Assembly (NCBI GenBank): GCA_038064595.1
Contig: JBBTSV010000014.1
Location: forward strand, 1-54,326
Length of the DNA stretch: 54,326 bases
Source of the DNA: Patescibacteria group bacterium
GTDB lineage: Bacteria > Patescibacteriota > Minisyncoccia > Phycocordibacterales > Phycocordibacteraceae
Reading direction: 5' to 3'
Shown: piece after piece, positions 16,261 through 26,988 of the stretch
Layout of the letters: each line of letters begins with the position of its first letter
Position numbering within the stretch: position 1 is the first letter of the stretch
Translations under genes and position numbers: made by a program
The notes under the pieces: model-generated
The model's input: the letters and a program-made list of their open reading frames with translations, nothing else
Database searches by the model: none
Told to the model about the DNA's origin: nothing

Positions 16261-17346
16261 ATGCGTCTCGTGATAGCGACCCCCCTCTACCCGCCTGACA
16301 TTGGCGGTCCTGCTACCTATGCCAGGCTACTGGAGGCAGGGCTACCCGCACACGGTATTGACGTGGAGCTCGTAAAATTCAGCGAGGTACGGCGTCTGCC
16401 GAAGCTCATCCGGCACTATGTGTACTACCGCCGCGTACTGCGAGCAGCGCGAACGGCAGACCTCGTACTCGCCCTCGACCCAGTCTCAGTCGGCCTCCCC
16501 GCGATGAAGGCGGCGCAAAGGGCCTGCAAACCTCTCGTGGTGAAGGTTGTCGGCGACTATGCGTGGGAACAGGGGCAGCAGCGGTTCGGCATCACCCAAA
16601 CGCTTGATGAGTTCGTACGGACAGCGCAGGTGCCATTTCTGGCTCGTGTTCTCCGCAGAATACAGACCCGTGTCGCACAGAGCGCAACGCGAGTGATTGT
16701 GCCGAGTACCTACCTGAAAGGCATCGTCACCGCATGGGGAATCCCGGAAGAAAAAATCACGGTTATCTACAATGCCGTGTCTCTGGGAGAAATCGGAACA
16801 GTGCCTGAAGCAGTCGCACGGTTGCCGCGACCCCTGGTCGTGACTGCGGGGAGACTCGTCCCCTGGAAGCATATCGACACCGTGATTGATGCCGTCGCGG
16901 GCACATCTGGCATCTCACTCGCGATAGTGGGAGACGGGCCAGAACGTGCGGCGCTTGCGCGCCGTGCTCAAGAAAAATTGGCGGCTCGTGCTGTGTTTAC
17001 GGGACAGGTGCCGCATGAAGATATGCTCGCGGTGATGAAATTCGCCGATGTATTCGTACTCAACTCGTCCTATGAGGGTCTCTCTCATCTCCTTATTGAA
17101 GCACTTGTGCTTGGCGTGCCGACCATCGCCACTAACGTCGGCGGTAATCCTGAAGTCATCACTGACCGCGCCGATGGTTTTTTGATTCCGCCCCACGACA
17201 CTCGAGCGCTCGCGAATGCACTTGCCCGGATGATCGGTGACGATAGCGTTCGCGCACACCTGAAAGAAAAAGCAAAGGAATCAGGAAAGCGTTTTTCAAC
17301 AGAGGCCATGCTACGAGAAACGGCCGCATTTTTGACCTCACTATGA
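16261..17346 (+). CDS. GT4 glycosyltransferase
   Basis: GRLVPWK, LNSSYEGLSHLLIEA, ATNVGGNPE. Confidence 0.92.
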   Translation: MRLVIATPLYPPDIGGPATYARLLEAGLPAHGIDVELVKFSEVRRLPKLIRHYVYYRRVLRAARTADLVLALDPVSVGLPAMKAAQRACKPLVVKVVGDYAWEQGQQRFGITQTLDEFVRTAQVPFLARVLRRIQTRVAQSATRVIVPSTYLKGIVTAWGIPEEKITVIYNAVSLGEIGTVPEAVARLPRPLVVTAGRLVPWKHIDTVIDAVAGTSGISLAIVGDGPERAALARRAQEKLAARAVFTGQVPHEDMLAVMKFADVFVLNSSYEGLSHLLIEALVLGVPTIATNVGGNPEVITDRADGFLIPPHDTRALANALARMIGDDSVRAHLKEKAKESGKRFSTEAMLRETAAFLTSL

Positions 17347-18263
17347 AGGTACTGATGATTAGCGGAGACCAGAAGCTTCTTCGAGAAGGAAGCGAGGAGC
17401 ACGCACGGTTGCAACTGCAGCGAAGCCGCGTCGAACGGCTTGATGTCTTTGTCTGGCCGCACGTGCATTCAGTGGTGGAGATAGGGCGTGCGGCACGCGC
17501 ACATCACTACGATGTTATAACGACGCAAGACCCGTTTTGGCGTGGACTGCTCGGCCTCACACTGTCATGGCTTACGAGAGCGAGACTCAACGTGCAGGTG
17601 CATGCCGATATTGCCGGACAGTCTGTTATCAAACGCGTTCTCGCGCGGATTGTGTTGCGACAGGCAGACTCGGTTCGGGTCGTTTCAGAAAAACTGAAGC
17701 GTCAAGTGCTACACATCGTACCGAACGTAACGGTAACTCTATTGCCCCTATACATTGATATCTCAAAATTCTCTTCGATATATCGAAGGCCGCACTCCGG
17801 AAAGAATGTGCTATGGATGGGACGATTTGAAAGAGAGAAAGATCCGCTCGAAGCGATTCACGTTCTGAAAGAAGTGCTGAAAGAAATCCCCGACGCAACG
17901 CTCACTATGATAGGCGACGGCAGCTTGCGGCATCACCTTTCAGCTGCGGCAGCTGATTTGCCGGTACACCTGCCTTCAGGTTGGCAAGATCCACTCGTCT
18001 ATCTCGACACTGCCGACGTGCTTCTCTCGACCTCGCCGTATGAAAGTTGGGGGGCCGTTTTTGTTGAGGCGCTTGCTGCTGGTGTGCCGGTTGTCGCACC
18101 GGACGTCGGCATCGCAAGAGAAGCGGGTGCGATTGTCGTACCCCGCTCCAAACTCGCATCGGCGGTGGTCAAGGTGCTACAGTCTGGCGAACAGGGTGTG
18201 CTGAAACTACCGCTGCCAAGCGCCGAAGAGTGGGCGAGGCAGTGGCGAGAATCGCTCATATGA
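17343..18263 (+). CDS. GT4 glycosyltransferase
   Basis: GRFEREKD, SPYESWGAVFVEALAAGVPVV. Confidence 0.9.
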   Translation: MKVLMISGDQKLLREGSEEHARLQLQRSRVERLDVFVWPHVHSVVEIGRAARAHHYDVITTQDPFWRGLLGLTLSWLTRARLNVQVHADIAGQSVIKRVLARIVLRQADSVRVVSEKLKRQVLHIVPNVTVTLLPLYIDISKFSSIYRRPHSGKNVLWMGRFEREKDPLEAIHVLKEVLKEIPDATLTMIGDGSLRHHLSAAAADLPVHLPSGWQDPLVYLDTADVLLSTSPYESWGAVFVEALAAGVPVVAPDVGIAREAGAIVVPRSKLASAVVKVLQSGEQGVLKLPLPSAEEWARQWRESLI

Positions 18264-19159
18264 AATTACTTATTACCACACAAGCGGTAGACAACACCGA
18301 CTCTGATCTCGGATTTTTTGTGCGGTGGATAGAAGAATTTGCGCGTCACTGTGAGCAGGTGACGGTGATTTGTATCCGAGAAGGACCACACGAGCTGCCC
18401 ACGAACGTGACGGTCATACCGCTCGGGAAGACTTCTCGCGCCTCGCGAGCGCTAAGCCTCTGGCGCCTCTCTGTGTCTCATCGCTCTGCGTATGATGCTG
18501 TCTTTGTGCATATGAATCCCGAGTATATCGTTGCAGCGGGCATCCTCTGGCGACTGATGAAGAAGCGTACTGCCCTGTGGTATACGCACAAGAGCGTCGA
18601 CATGAAGCTCCGCGTCGCAACGCTTCTCGCGGACATCATCTTCACCGCGTCAAAGGAAAGTTTCAGGTTGCGCACCAGGAAACTGCACGTGATGGGGCAC
18701 GGTATTGATACGGATTTCTTTTCTCCCGACCCGAACGTTGCTCGCGGTGACTGGGCACTCTCGGTGGGGCGTCTGATGCCAAGCAAGCGCCATGACCTCG
18801 CTATTGAGGAGGCCGTGAATGAAGGGAGGGAGCTGCGCATTGCGGGCGAGGGGCCCGAGCGTGAACACCTCGTCGCGTTCGCGCGCGCTCTCGGCGCGAA
18901 GGTGCATTTTTTGGGGCCGCTCACTCAAGAACACCTGCGCAGTGAGTACCGCCGGGCGAGAATCCTTATCCATACCAGCCAAACGGGAAGTCTGGACAAG
19001 GTCGTTCTCGAGGCGCTCGCCTGCGGTCTTCCGGTCCGTACCCATGACCCAGCGCTTACCTCAATCGAAAACGCCGACCCAGAGTACGTACGGAAGCACC
19101 ATTCGCTCACGACACTCATCTCGCGTATTATAGAGGCCTATGTACATCCTCGCGTATAA
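18260..19159 (+). CDS. GT4 glycosyltransferase
   Basis: VGRLMPSK, SQTGSLDKVVLEALACGLPV. Confidence 0.9.
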   Translation: MKLLITTQAVDNTDSDLGFFVRWIEEFARHCEQVTVICIREGPHELPTNVTVIPLGKTSRASRALSLWRLSVSHRSAYDAVFVHMNPEYIVAAGILWRLMKKRTALWYTHKSVDMKLRVATLLADIIFTASKESFRLRTRKLHVMGHGIDTDFFSPDPNVARGDWALSVGRLMPSKRHDLAIEEAVNEGRELRIAGEGPEREHLVAFARALGAKVHFLGPLTQEHLRSEYRRARILIHTSQTGSLDKVVLEALACGLPVRTHDPALTSIENADPEYVRKHHSLTTLISRIIEAYVHPRV

Positions 19160-20885
19160 AGACGGACACGACCCGGCGGCGTGTCTTATGGAAGACGGGG
19201 TGCTCATTGCCGCCGTTGAGGAGGAGCGTTTTACGAGGAAGAAACATGCGCCGAGCGTTTTTCCGACCGAGTCCATCCGCTATTGTCTTAAGGAGGCCGG
19301 TATTACTGAATCAGACGTAACGCACGTCGTCTACGCACGCCTGAAGCCGATCCCGACGGCGTTTGTGGTGTTGTGGTATTACCTCACGCACCCACCGCGT
19401 ACGCGCATAGCGCTGCGCTATGCGCGTACACACCTTCTCGTGCAAGTGCGAGGTGCGCTACAGGAGATGCTCGGACGAGCAGGTTACCAAAAAATTCGCC
19501 GCGCATTTCCGCACCTCCCTAAGAAGATATGGAGCTTTAATCACCATCTCTGTCATGCGGCGAGCGCCTTTTTCTTTTCATCTTTCGATAAGGCTCTTGT
19601 TATAACCTGGGATGGAAAAGGGGAAGCGACGTCGCTCACGATAAGTGAAGGGGCTGGTGCGCGCATGTCTGTGCGTGAGCGGCGCGGCATATTTCAATCG
19701 CTCGGGCTGTGGTTTTCAGGCATCACCCAGTTCTTGGGATTTACGCCGAACGATGGTGAATATAAGGTGATGGGGCTCGCTCCCTACGGAACTCCCGGGG
19801 TAGACCTCTCAAGCATGGTGGCGCCAGACGAGCAGCGCGGATTTCGTATAAGTGCTGATTACGCGCTCTATCCCGCTTCTGCTAACGCGTTTGTGCGAGC
19901 GCTTGGTGAGCCACGCATGCGCGAAGCAGAGCTCACTGAGCGTTATAAAGACATAGGACGCGCCGCGCAGGACGCGCTTGAGACTGCAGGTCTCTCTTTT
20001 CTGCAGTATGCAAAGCGGCTTGTGCCAGCGGAGAATCTCTGTCTCGCCGGTGGCGTTGCACTCAATGTAAAGCTCAACAAGGTGTTGTGGGAATCTGGTT
20101 TGTGCAAACGATTGTTCATACAACCAGCTTCTGGAGATGACGGTCTTCCGCTTGGTGCCGCAGCGCTTCTCTCTGCACAACTCACGGGAAAGCGTCCTGC
20201 GCCGCTTTCCCACCTCTATCTCGGACCATCCTATTCTAACGAAGAAGTAGAGATGGCTTTACGTGCGCGCGGCGTCGTGTACAAAAAAAGCGCTGATGTG
20301 GAGAACGAAACAGCAGCACTCATCGCGGAGGGGAAGGTGGTCGGCTGGTTCCAGGGTCGTATGGAATTTGGACCTCGCGCACTCGGCAATCGTTCCGTGC
20401 TCGCGCACCCGAGTTTCCCGGACATGAAGGAAATCATCAATGCAAAAATAAAATTTCGCGAATCGTTTCGACCATTCTGCCCCTCTATTCTCGAAGAAAA
20501 GGTACGTGACTTTTGCGTGAATTACACAGAATCCCCCTACATGGTTTCGTCTTTTACTGTTGTACCCAGTGCGGCGGAGGCAATTGCGGCAACCGTGCAC
20601 GTGGATGGAACTATTCGCCCGCAAGCAGTTTCAAAAAAGACAAACGAGAGATACCATCGGCTCATCGAGGCATTTGAGAAGAAAACGGGGATCCCGGCAC
20701 TCCTTAACACCTCAATGAACATTCGTGGAGAGCCAATCGTTTGCACACCGAACGACTTTATTGATTTTTTCCAAAAAACAAATGTAGATGCGGTCGTGGC
20801 AGGAGATCTCATCGCTTTGCGCGCTGATCAGTCTCCGACCTTCTTCCAGACGCTCTCGCGTGAGAAGCTGCACACGCACTACTGA
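19140..20885 (+). CDS. O-carbamoyltransferase (NodU/CmcH family)
   Basis: HDPAA, EEERFTRKKH, HHLCHA, DGKGE, EYKVMGLAPYG, GRMEFGPRALGNRS, KFRESFRPF, LNTSMN. Confidence 0.93.
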   Translation: MYILAYKDGHDPAACLMEDGVLIAAVEEERFTRKKHAPSVFPTESIRYCLKEAGITESDVTHVVYARLKPIPTAFVVLWYYLTHPPRTRIALRYARTHLLVQVRGALQEMLGRAGYQKIRRAFPHLPKKIWSFNHHLCHAASAFFFSSFDKALVITWDGKGEATSLTISEGAGARMSVRERRGIFQSLGLWFSGITQFLGFTPNDGEYKVMGLAPYGTPGVDLSSMVAPDEQRGFRISADYALYPASANAFVRALGEPRMREAELTERYKDIGRAAQDALETAGLSFLQYAKRLVPAENLCLAGGVALNVKLNKVLWESGLCKRLFIQPASGDDGLPLGAAALLSAQLTGKRPAPLSHLYLGPSYSNEEVEMALRARGVVYKKSADVENETAALIAEGKVVGWFQGRMEFGPRALGNRSVLAHPSFPDMKEIINAKIKFRESFRPFCPSILEEKVRDFCVNYTESPYMVSSFTVVPSAAEAIAATVHVDGTIRPQAVSKKTNERYHRLIEAFEKKTGIPALLNTSMNIRGEPIVCTPNDFIDFFQKTNVDAVVAGDLIALRADQSPTFFQTLSREKLHTHY

Positions 20886-20898
20886 TCCCGACACAGGT

Positions 20899-21990
20899 AT
20901 GAAGATTGTGTATATAGCGAATATCCGCCTCCCGACCGAGAAGGCGCACGGAGTGCAGATCATGAAGATGTGCGAGGCGTTTGCCCTACTCGGTCACGAC
21001 ATCGAACTCGTCGTGCCGGATCGAGAATCAAAGATCTCCGAAGATCCATTTTCGTACTACGGACTCACGAAACATTTTCCTATACATCGCCTCCCCGTGA
21101 GCGACACGATTGGTGGGTATGGTGCGTTCGGATTTCTTGTCGAGTCGCTTTCTTTTGTCTACGCTGTGCGTCGCTACCTTCGCGACGCCTCGTTTGATGT
21201 TCTCTACGGAAGGGATGAACACATTCTCGCGTGCTTACCCGGGCCGTTTGTATGGGAGTCGCACACGGGTGCGTGGAATAGTGCGGCACGCATCGTCGCA
21301 CGTCGCGCGAGACGCCTCGTGGTCATTTCACACGGTCTCAAGGCGTTATATGTTGCAAAGGGTATCCCTACGGAGAAAATAGCTGTTGCTCACGACGGCG
21401 TTGACCTTGAAGACTTTGCACACCCCCAGTCAAAGAGGGAGGCACGCATACGGCTCAATCTTCCTCTAGATACAAAAATCGCTCTCTATATAGGGCGCCT
21501 TGATGGCTGGAAGGGAGTCGAGACCCTCCTTGAGGCATCGAACCTTTTTGCCAGTGACGTCGTACTCGCTGTTATGGGTGGCGAGGCAGCACAGGTAGAG
21601 AAGCTCTCCCGTCAGTATCCGCTGGTACGGTTTCTTGGTTTTCATCCATACCGAGAACTGCCGGATAATATGGCAGCAGCCGATGTGCTCGTGTTACCCA
21701 ATACGGGAAAGAGCGATGTGTCAGCGAGGTTTACCTCCCCACTCAAACTGTTCGCCTATATGGCAAGCGGTGTTCCTATTGTCGCGAGTGATTTGCCAAG
21801 CATCCGTGAAGTGCTCGATGAACAGTCTGCCTTTTTCTTCACGCCGGACGACGCGACAGCTCTCGCAACAAGCGTGCACCGAGCACTTGAAAATGGCAGT
21901 GCGCAGGCCAAACATGCGCGTTCGCTGGTGGAGGAATACACGTGGAGGCACCGTGCAGAGTACATACTCGCCGCGTGTGCGAGCGCGTGA
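20899..21990 (+). CDS. GT4 glycosyltransferase
   Basis: NIRLPTEKAHGVQI, GRLDGWKG, TSPLKLFAYMASGVPIVASDLP. Confidence 0.92.
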   Translation: MKIVYIANIRLPTEKAHGVQIMKMCEAFALLGHDIELVVPDRESKISEDPFSYYGLTKHFPIHRLPVSDTIGGYGAFGFLVESLSFVYAVRRYLRDASFDVLYGRDEHILACLPGPFVWESHTGAWNSAARIVARRARRLVVISHGLKALYVAKGIPTEKIAVAHDGVDLEDFAHPQSKREARIRLNLPLDTKIALYIGRLDGWKGVETLLEASNLFASDVVLAVMGGEAAQVEKLSRQYPLVRFLGFHPYRELPDNMAAADVLVLPNTGKSDVSARFTSPLKLFAYMASGVPIVASDLPSIREVLDEQSAFFFTPDDATALATSVHRALENGSAQAKHARSLVEEYTWRHRAEYILAACASA

Positions 21991-22004
21991 AGTACTCACG
22001 CCGG

Positions 22005-23276
22005 TCACCGTATGAAATACAAAGCTCCGAGGTACGAGGCGGCGGTAACGCACTTGCTTATCAAGGACGCGACGATGGCGCCCATGATGCCGTAGGTGGG
22101 GATGAGCACCACAAAGAGTCCAATGGCGATCACGGGCTGTATGTTGGAGAGTGTATATTGTAGAGCCGTCTTTTGTTGAGCAGAGAAGATGGCGATGGGA
22201 ATGGACGCGACATTTGTAATCAGAGCGAGCGCATAGAGCTGGGAGTACGAAACGCTCATGACGTATTGTGGGAAGACGAGAGCGAACAGGTAGGGAGCAG
22301 CGGCGACATAGATGAGTGACAGGCCGAGGAGTCCCAGTGCATACAGTGCAATCTTGCGCCACAGAGCTGGAAGATTTTCTCTAATCTGTTCAGGGGTTTG
22401 TGCGGCAAATTTTGGAAAGGCGAGTTCGCCGATGCCCTTCAGTGGACCCTTGAACTGCTCGGGAATCGCAAGGGCGAACGTATAGATGGCGACCTGCGCT
22501 GGACCGAGGAATTTCCATATAAGAACCTTATCGATCTCGCCTGCCACCATGCCGAGAACCTGCATCGCCGTGAGATGCTTGCCATAGCGAATCGTGTCCC
22601 CGTCTTCTTCGGTGTGTGTGCGCGGGATGGTGCGCACGACATAGAGATACTGTGCAGCGCGCACGAGCGTGAGCGGTATGAAATAGGCGAGAAGAATGAA
22701 AATGAGGTTATCGGTAACAAGGAGTGTCCCGACGAGCGCGAACACACTGATGACTTGAGTCGCCGCATAATATTTTGTCCGTAGATCAAAGCGTCGCTTG
22801 CCAACGAAATAAAAGAGATACGACGTGAGGGTATCAAAGAGAGGCAGTGCGGCCGCTATGACAAGAAGAGCGAGAGAGAGCTCCACGTTCCCTTTCAGGA
22901 GGTAATACGCGCTTCCGGCAAGCGCGATGATGCTCCCAACACATGCGTGAACAACCCGAGAGCGCGTGGCGGTATGCACGACAGAGTCGTGTCCACGCGC
23001 AACGGCGCGCGCGATCGCAGTGTTTATACCCGGGAGCGAAACGATTGCGAAGATGCCAGCGAGTGACAGGATGTACTTATATGTCCCGTACACTTCTGGG
23101 GGTACAAGGTTCGCAAATGCAATAGCAAGCGCGAGTGCAGAGAGGGAAGCCACCACCTGCCCAACGATGTACCAGAAGCTACCCGATACGAGATACAGCA
23201 TATCGGTTTTCGTATAGCGCTCGCTCCAGCGCAGCACACGAATAGGCCAGCTCGTCAACCCCCTCAGCGTATTCAT
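22005..23276 (-). CDS. wzx: Polysaccharide flippase (Wzx/MOP family)
   Basis: About 12 TM, YGTYKYILS, IDKVLIWKFLGPAQVAIYTFA, LIPTYGIMGA. Confidence 0.85.
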   Translation of the reverse strand: MNTLRGLTSWPIRVLRWSERYTKTDMLYLVSGSFWYIVGQVVASLSALALAIAFANLVPPEVYGTYKYILSLAGIFAIVSLPGINTAIARAVARGHDSVVHTATRSRVVHACVGSIIALAGSAYYLLKGNVELSLALLVIAAALPLFDTLTSYLFYFVGKRRFDLRTKYYAATQVISVFALVGTLLVTDNLIFILLAYFIPLTLVRAAQYLYVVRTIPRTHTEEDGDTIRYGKHLTAMQVLGMVAGEIDKVLIWKFLGPAQVAIYTFALAIPEQFKGPLKGIGELAFPKFAAQTPEQIRENLPALWRKIALYALGLLGLSLIYVAAAPYLFALVFPQYVMSVSYSQLYALALITNVASIPIAIFSAQQKTALQYTLSNIQPVIAIGLFVVLIPTYGIMGAIVASLISKCVTAASYLGALYFIR

Positions 23277-23374
23277 CTACCTATGGTACTGGTTACCTGC
23301 CGCTTCTGCCAGTGCCCCTCGACGAGGGGTGCGCGGCTTTCAAAAACGAGCGAAGAGGTATACTATGCGACCTA

Positions 23375-24304
23375 ATGAAGGACTCGGCAAAGCCAGAGAT
23401 ATCGGTTGTTGTTCCTGTGTATGGATCTGACAAGGTGCTCCATGAGCTCTATCGACGCACGATGGCGGCGCTTGAGCCGATTACGCACAACGTTGAACTC
23501 ATTCTCGTCAACGACGCGAGCCCTGACACTGCGTGGGAAGTGATACAGGAGCTCGCCAAGGAAGATGCGCGCGTGCGTGGCCTGAATCTCTCGCGCAACT
23601 TTGGTCAATATGCCGCGCTCACGGCAGGCCTGCAGGCCTCGCGTGGCGAGTGGGTCGTCGTTATGGACTGCGACCTCCAAGATCAGCCCGAGGCGATAGG
23701 AGCGATGTATCGCAAAGCGCAGGAGGGCTACTTTGTGGTCGTTGGGTCGCGCACGGTCCGGCACGACAGCGCGCTACGGACCTTTTTCTCAGTCGCGTTT
23801 TATACCCTCTTTGGTTATCTCGCGGGGAGAAAGCAGGATCGCACACTCACCAACTTTGGCATCTATCATCGGCGCGTCATTGATGCGATTCTGTCCATCC
23901 AGGTGCGCATGCGGTTCTTCTCGGTCATGGTGCGCTGGGCGGGCTTTCGTACTGCGACGATACCGGTGGAGCATGCGCCTCGCCAAGGTGGCAAGTCGGG
24001 ATATTCTCTCCGAAAGCTGTTCAGCCTAGCGATAGATATCATCCTTGCTTATTCTGAAAGGCCACTTCGGATTATCGTTAAAATCGGAGGGATTGTGGTC
24101 GTTGTTTCTGGTCTCTATTTTGTGTTCATCATCGGGCGTGGCATCCTTGCTGAACCGGCCTCCTCTTTGGAGCTCATTATGGGCTCACTGTGGTTTATCT
24201 TTGGGGCGCTCTCCACGATGCTCGGCGTTGTCGCGCTCTACCTCGGCAAGACGTTCGAGGAGGTGAAACAACGCCCGATTTACATCGTGCAGGATGAGAT
24301 TTAG
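23375..24304 (+). CDS. GT2 polyprenol-phosphate glycosyltransferase (GtrB/ArnC-like)
   Basis: ISVVVPVY, VNDASPD, SRNFGQ, MDCDLQD, two C-terminal TMs, RPIYIV. Confidence 0.9.
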   Translation: MKDSAKPEISVVVPVYGSDKVLHELYRRTMAALEPITHNVELILVNDASPDTAWEVIQELAKEDARVRGLNLSRNFGQYAALTAGLQASRGEWVVVMDCDLQDQPEAIGAMYRKAQEGYFVVVGSRTVRHDSALRTFFSVAFYTLFGYLAGRKQDRTLTNFGIYHRRVIDAILSIQVRMRFFSVMVRWAGFRTATIPVEHAPRQGGKSGYSLRKLFSLAIDIILAYSERPLRIIVKIGGIVVVVSGLYFVFIIGRGILAEPASSLELIMGSLWFIFGALSTMLGVVALYLGKTFEEVKQRPIYIVQDEI

Positions 24305-24316
24305 AATACGGGAAAT

Positions 24317-25405
24317 ATGACAAAACAGAACGTGCGGCGGGGCACACCAAACAAGACGTTAAACGGCCAAACCGTACTTGTGTGGGGCGGCGCCGGGTTT
24401 ATTGGGTCAAACTTCATACACTATATTCTTGAAAAATATCCAAAGGTACGGATCATCAATGTTGACAAGCTGACCTACTCGGGCAACCTCGACAACCTTC
24501 GCACGGTCGCCAAGGACCCTCGCTACACATTTGTGCGTGGCGATGTCGCTGATAAAAAGAAGGTCGATGCAGTACTTAAGAAATATCGTCCAGACTACCT
24601 GATCAACTTTGCCGCCGAGACGCACGTCGATCGCAGTATCCACGTCGGCGCACTCGAATTCATTAACACCAACGTTGTCGGGGTATTCAATCTTCTTGAG
24701 GCGGTAAAGGCTGTCGACACCGTACGTTCGTACGTACAGGTCTCGACTGATGAAGTTTATGGCTCTCTCGATCTAAACTCGAAAGCACTGTTTACAGAAA
24801 CCACAGCATTCGCGCCGAACGTCCCGTACGCTGCGACCAAAGCTGGCGGCGATATGCTCTGCCGCGCTTATCACAACACGTGGGGCGTGCCGGTTGTTGT
24901 GACGCACTGCTCAAACAACTACGGCCCCCGCCAGTATCCGGAGAAACTTATCCCGTTCTTTGTCTTGCGCATGCTCGAAGGCAAGACACTCCCGCTCTAC
25001 GGCGATGGCAAGAATGTCCGCGACTGGATCCACGTACTCGATCACTGTGCGGCACTCGAGAAGTGTCTCTTACAGGGTACGCCCGGAGCCGTCTATAACA
25101 TTGGTGCTGATAATGAGCTCAATAACCGCGAGATAGCGAAGCTCATTCTTGCGCATTTCAAAAAAGACGAGTCTTGTATCGAGTTTGTGGGAGACCGCCC
25201 CGGGCATGACCGACGGTACGCAATCGACGCATCACGCATCCATAAGGAACTCGGGTGGAAGCCGACGCGGTCGTTTAAGAAGGGACTCACTGAAACGATC
25301 GAGTGGTACGTGAATAATCCAGAGTGGATTAATAAAATTCGAGTAAAGACTGGCGTATTTAATCCTCATATAGACCTATGGCGCGCGCACCACGTAAAAA
25401 AGTAA
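24317..25405 (+). CDS. rmlB: dTDP-glucose 4,6-dehydratase
   Basis: GGAGFIGSNF, DKLTYSGN, AAETHVDRSI, STDEVYG, SNNYGP.QYPEKLIP, DRPGHDRRY. Confidence 0.95.
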   Translation: MTKQNVRRGTPNKTLNGQTVLVWGGAGFIGSNFIHYILEKYPKVRIINVDKLTYSGNLDNLRTVAKDPRYTFVRGDVADKKKVDAVLKKYRPDYLINFAAETHVDRSIHVGALEFINTNVVGVFNLLEAVKAVDTVRSYVQVSTDEVYGSLDLNSKALFTETTAFAPNVPYAATKAGGDMLCRAYHNTWGVPVVVTHCSNNYGPRQYPEKLIPFFVLRMLEGKTLPLYGDGKNVRDWIHVLDHCAALEKCLLQGTPGAVYNIGADNELNNREIAKLILAHFKKDESCIEFVGDRPGHDRRYAIDASRIHKELGWKPTRSFKKGLTETIEWYVNNPEWINKIRVKTGVFNPHIDLWRAHHVKK

Positions 25406-26124
25406 GGGGTGTGATTCTTGCGGGTGGCTTGGGTACTCGCCTTGCACCACTAACGAAGATCACCAACAAGCATCTGCTCCCGATATACGACAAGCCGATG
25501 ATTCTCTACCCGCTCGAGACACTCAAAAAGTCTGGCGTCGTTGACATCATGGTAGTGACAGGGCGCGAGCACGCAAGCCACTTCATGAACTTCCTCGGAT
25601 CGGGTAAAGAACTGGGTGTCTCCATTTCATACGCGATTCAAGACAGGAACAACGGCGGCATTGCTGACGCTCTTAGATATGCAGAAGACTTCTCTCGAGG
25701 CGACCCAGTCGCCGTGATTCTTGGTGACAACATCTTCGAGCAGCACTTCAAGAAGGAGGTCGCCGCCTTTACCAAAGGAGCCATGATGTTTTTTAAAGAG
25801 GTGGAGGACCCGACACGTTTTGGCGTCCCCGTGTTCGATAAGAGTGGCACGCGCATTGTCCGGATAGAGGAAAAACCAAAAGAGCCAAAGTCAATGTACG
25901 CACAGGCGGGGTTTTATCTCTACGACGCGAAGATCTTTGCTGATATCAAGAAGCTCAAGCCCTCCGGCCGAGGTGAGCTTGAAATCACTGACGTGAATAA
26001 TAAATATCTCCAGAGAGGGGAGCTATCGTTCGCCTATATAAAGGGGTTTTGGTCGGATGCGGGCACCTTCGAGTCTCTCTTGAAAGCGAGTATGGAACAA
26101 GCACGCAGATATGGCGCAGTTTGA
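25378..26124 (+). CDS. rmlA: Glucose-1-phosphate thymidylyltransferase (short form)
   Basis: ILAGGLGTRL, KHLLPIYDKPMI, LGDNIF, EEKP, PSGRGELEITD. Confidence 0.93.
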   Translation: MARAPRKKVRGVILAGGLGTRLAPLTKITNKHLLPIYDKPMILYPLETLKKSGVVDIMVVTGREHASHFMNFLGSGKELGVSISYAIQDRNNGGIADALRYAEDFSRGDPVAVILGDNIFEQHFKKEVAAFTKGAMMFFKEVEDPTRFGVPVFDKSGTRIVRIEEKPKEPKSMYAQAGFYLYDAKIFADIKKLKPSGRGELEITDVNNKYLQRGELSFAYIKGFWSDAGTFESLLKASMEQARRYGAV

Positions 26125-26965
26125 CTTCGAAAAAGTGCTCACCATAGGTGCGAGCGGGATGATAGGGTCATACGTCGACTTCGGCATGCGTCCGGGGCAT
26201 GCCGAGTGCGACATTACCGACGAGGAGTCGGTCGCGCGATATGTCGCACGCTCCCGACCAAGCACGATACTCTACCTCGCAGGCGCCACCGACATGGTGC
26301 GCGCGGAGAGCGAGCCGGCGTATGCGTACGCACTGAATGTCCAGGGCACCCATGCGGTCGCGCGTGCTGCGCGTGAAGCAGGAGCAACGATGGTATACGT
26401 TTCAACCTCGCGCGTATTTCGGGGCGACAAAGAAGTCCCGTATAGCGAGGAAGATACTCCGGATCCAGAGACGCATTATGGAATGACAAAGTATGCCGGA
26501 GAACTCATTACGGCGGCCACGGTTCCGGAGTACATCATTGCCCGCACGTCGTGGGTGTTTGGCGGCGGCCCTAAGCGGGACAATAAGTTCTACGGCAAAG
26601 TTTTAAAACAACTGCAGTCAGGCGTACCGGAGATCGTCGCGCTTGCGGACGTGCAGGGCTCACCGACCTATGCAAAGGATTTTATCTCAACGATTAAGGA
26701 TCTACTTGCGCGGGGAGAGCGCGGCGTATTCCATATTGCCAACGCTGGTGTCGCAACACGCTTCGAGCTCGCGAAAGCGATGACGGCACAGGTACACTCG
26801 AGCATCCCCGTGCGCGGTGTCGACCGGAGTTTCTTTCAGTCGGGCAGCACCTTGCCAGCCAATGAGTCAATCTCTTCACAGCGTTGCGCACTGCGACCGT
26901 GGCAAGAAGCACTGTGGGAATATATCGATACCGAATGGATCAGCGCTTTTCCTTCAAAAACATAA
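26111..26965 (+). CDS. rmlD: RmlD-family dTDP-4-keto sugar reductase
   Basis: GASGMIG, AESEP..AYALN, YGMTKYAGE, RTSWVFG, GSPT. Confidence 0.85.
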   Translation: MAQFDFEKVLTIGASGMIGSYVDFGMRPGHAECDITDEESVARYVARSRPSTILYLAGATDMVRAESEPAYAYALNVQGTHAVARAAREAGATMVYVSTSRVFRGDKEVPYSEEDTPDPETHYGMTKYAGELITAATVPEYIIARTSWVFGGGPKRDNKFYGKVLKQLQSGVPEIVALADVQGSPTYAKDFISTIKDLLARGERGVFHIANAGVATRFELAKAMTAQVHSSIPVRGVDRSFFQSGSTLPANESISSQRCALRPWQEALWEYIDTEWISAFPSKT

Positions 26966-26988
26966 GCACGGCACCTTGTTTCAAGCCC

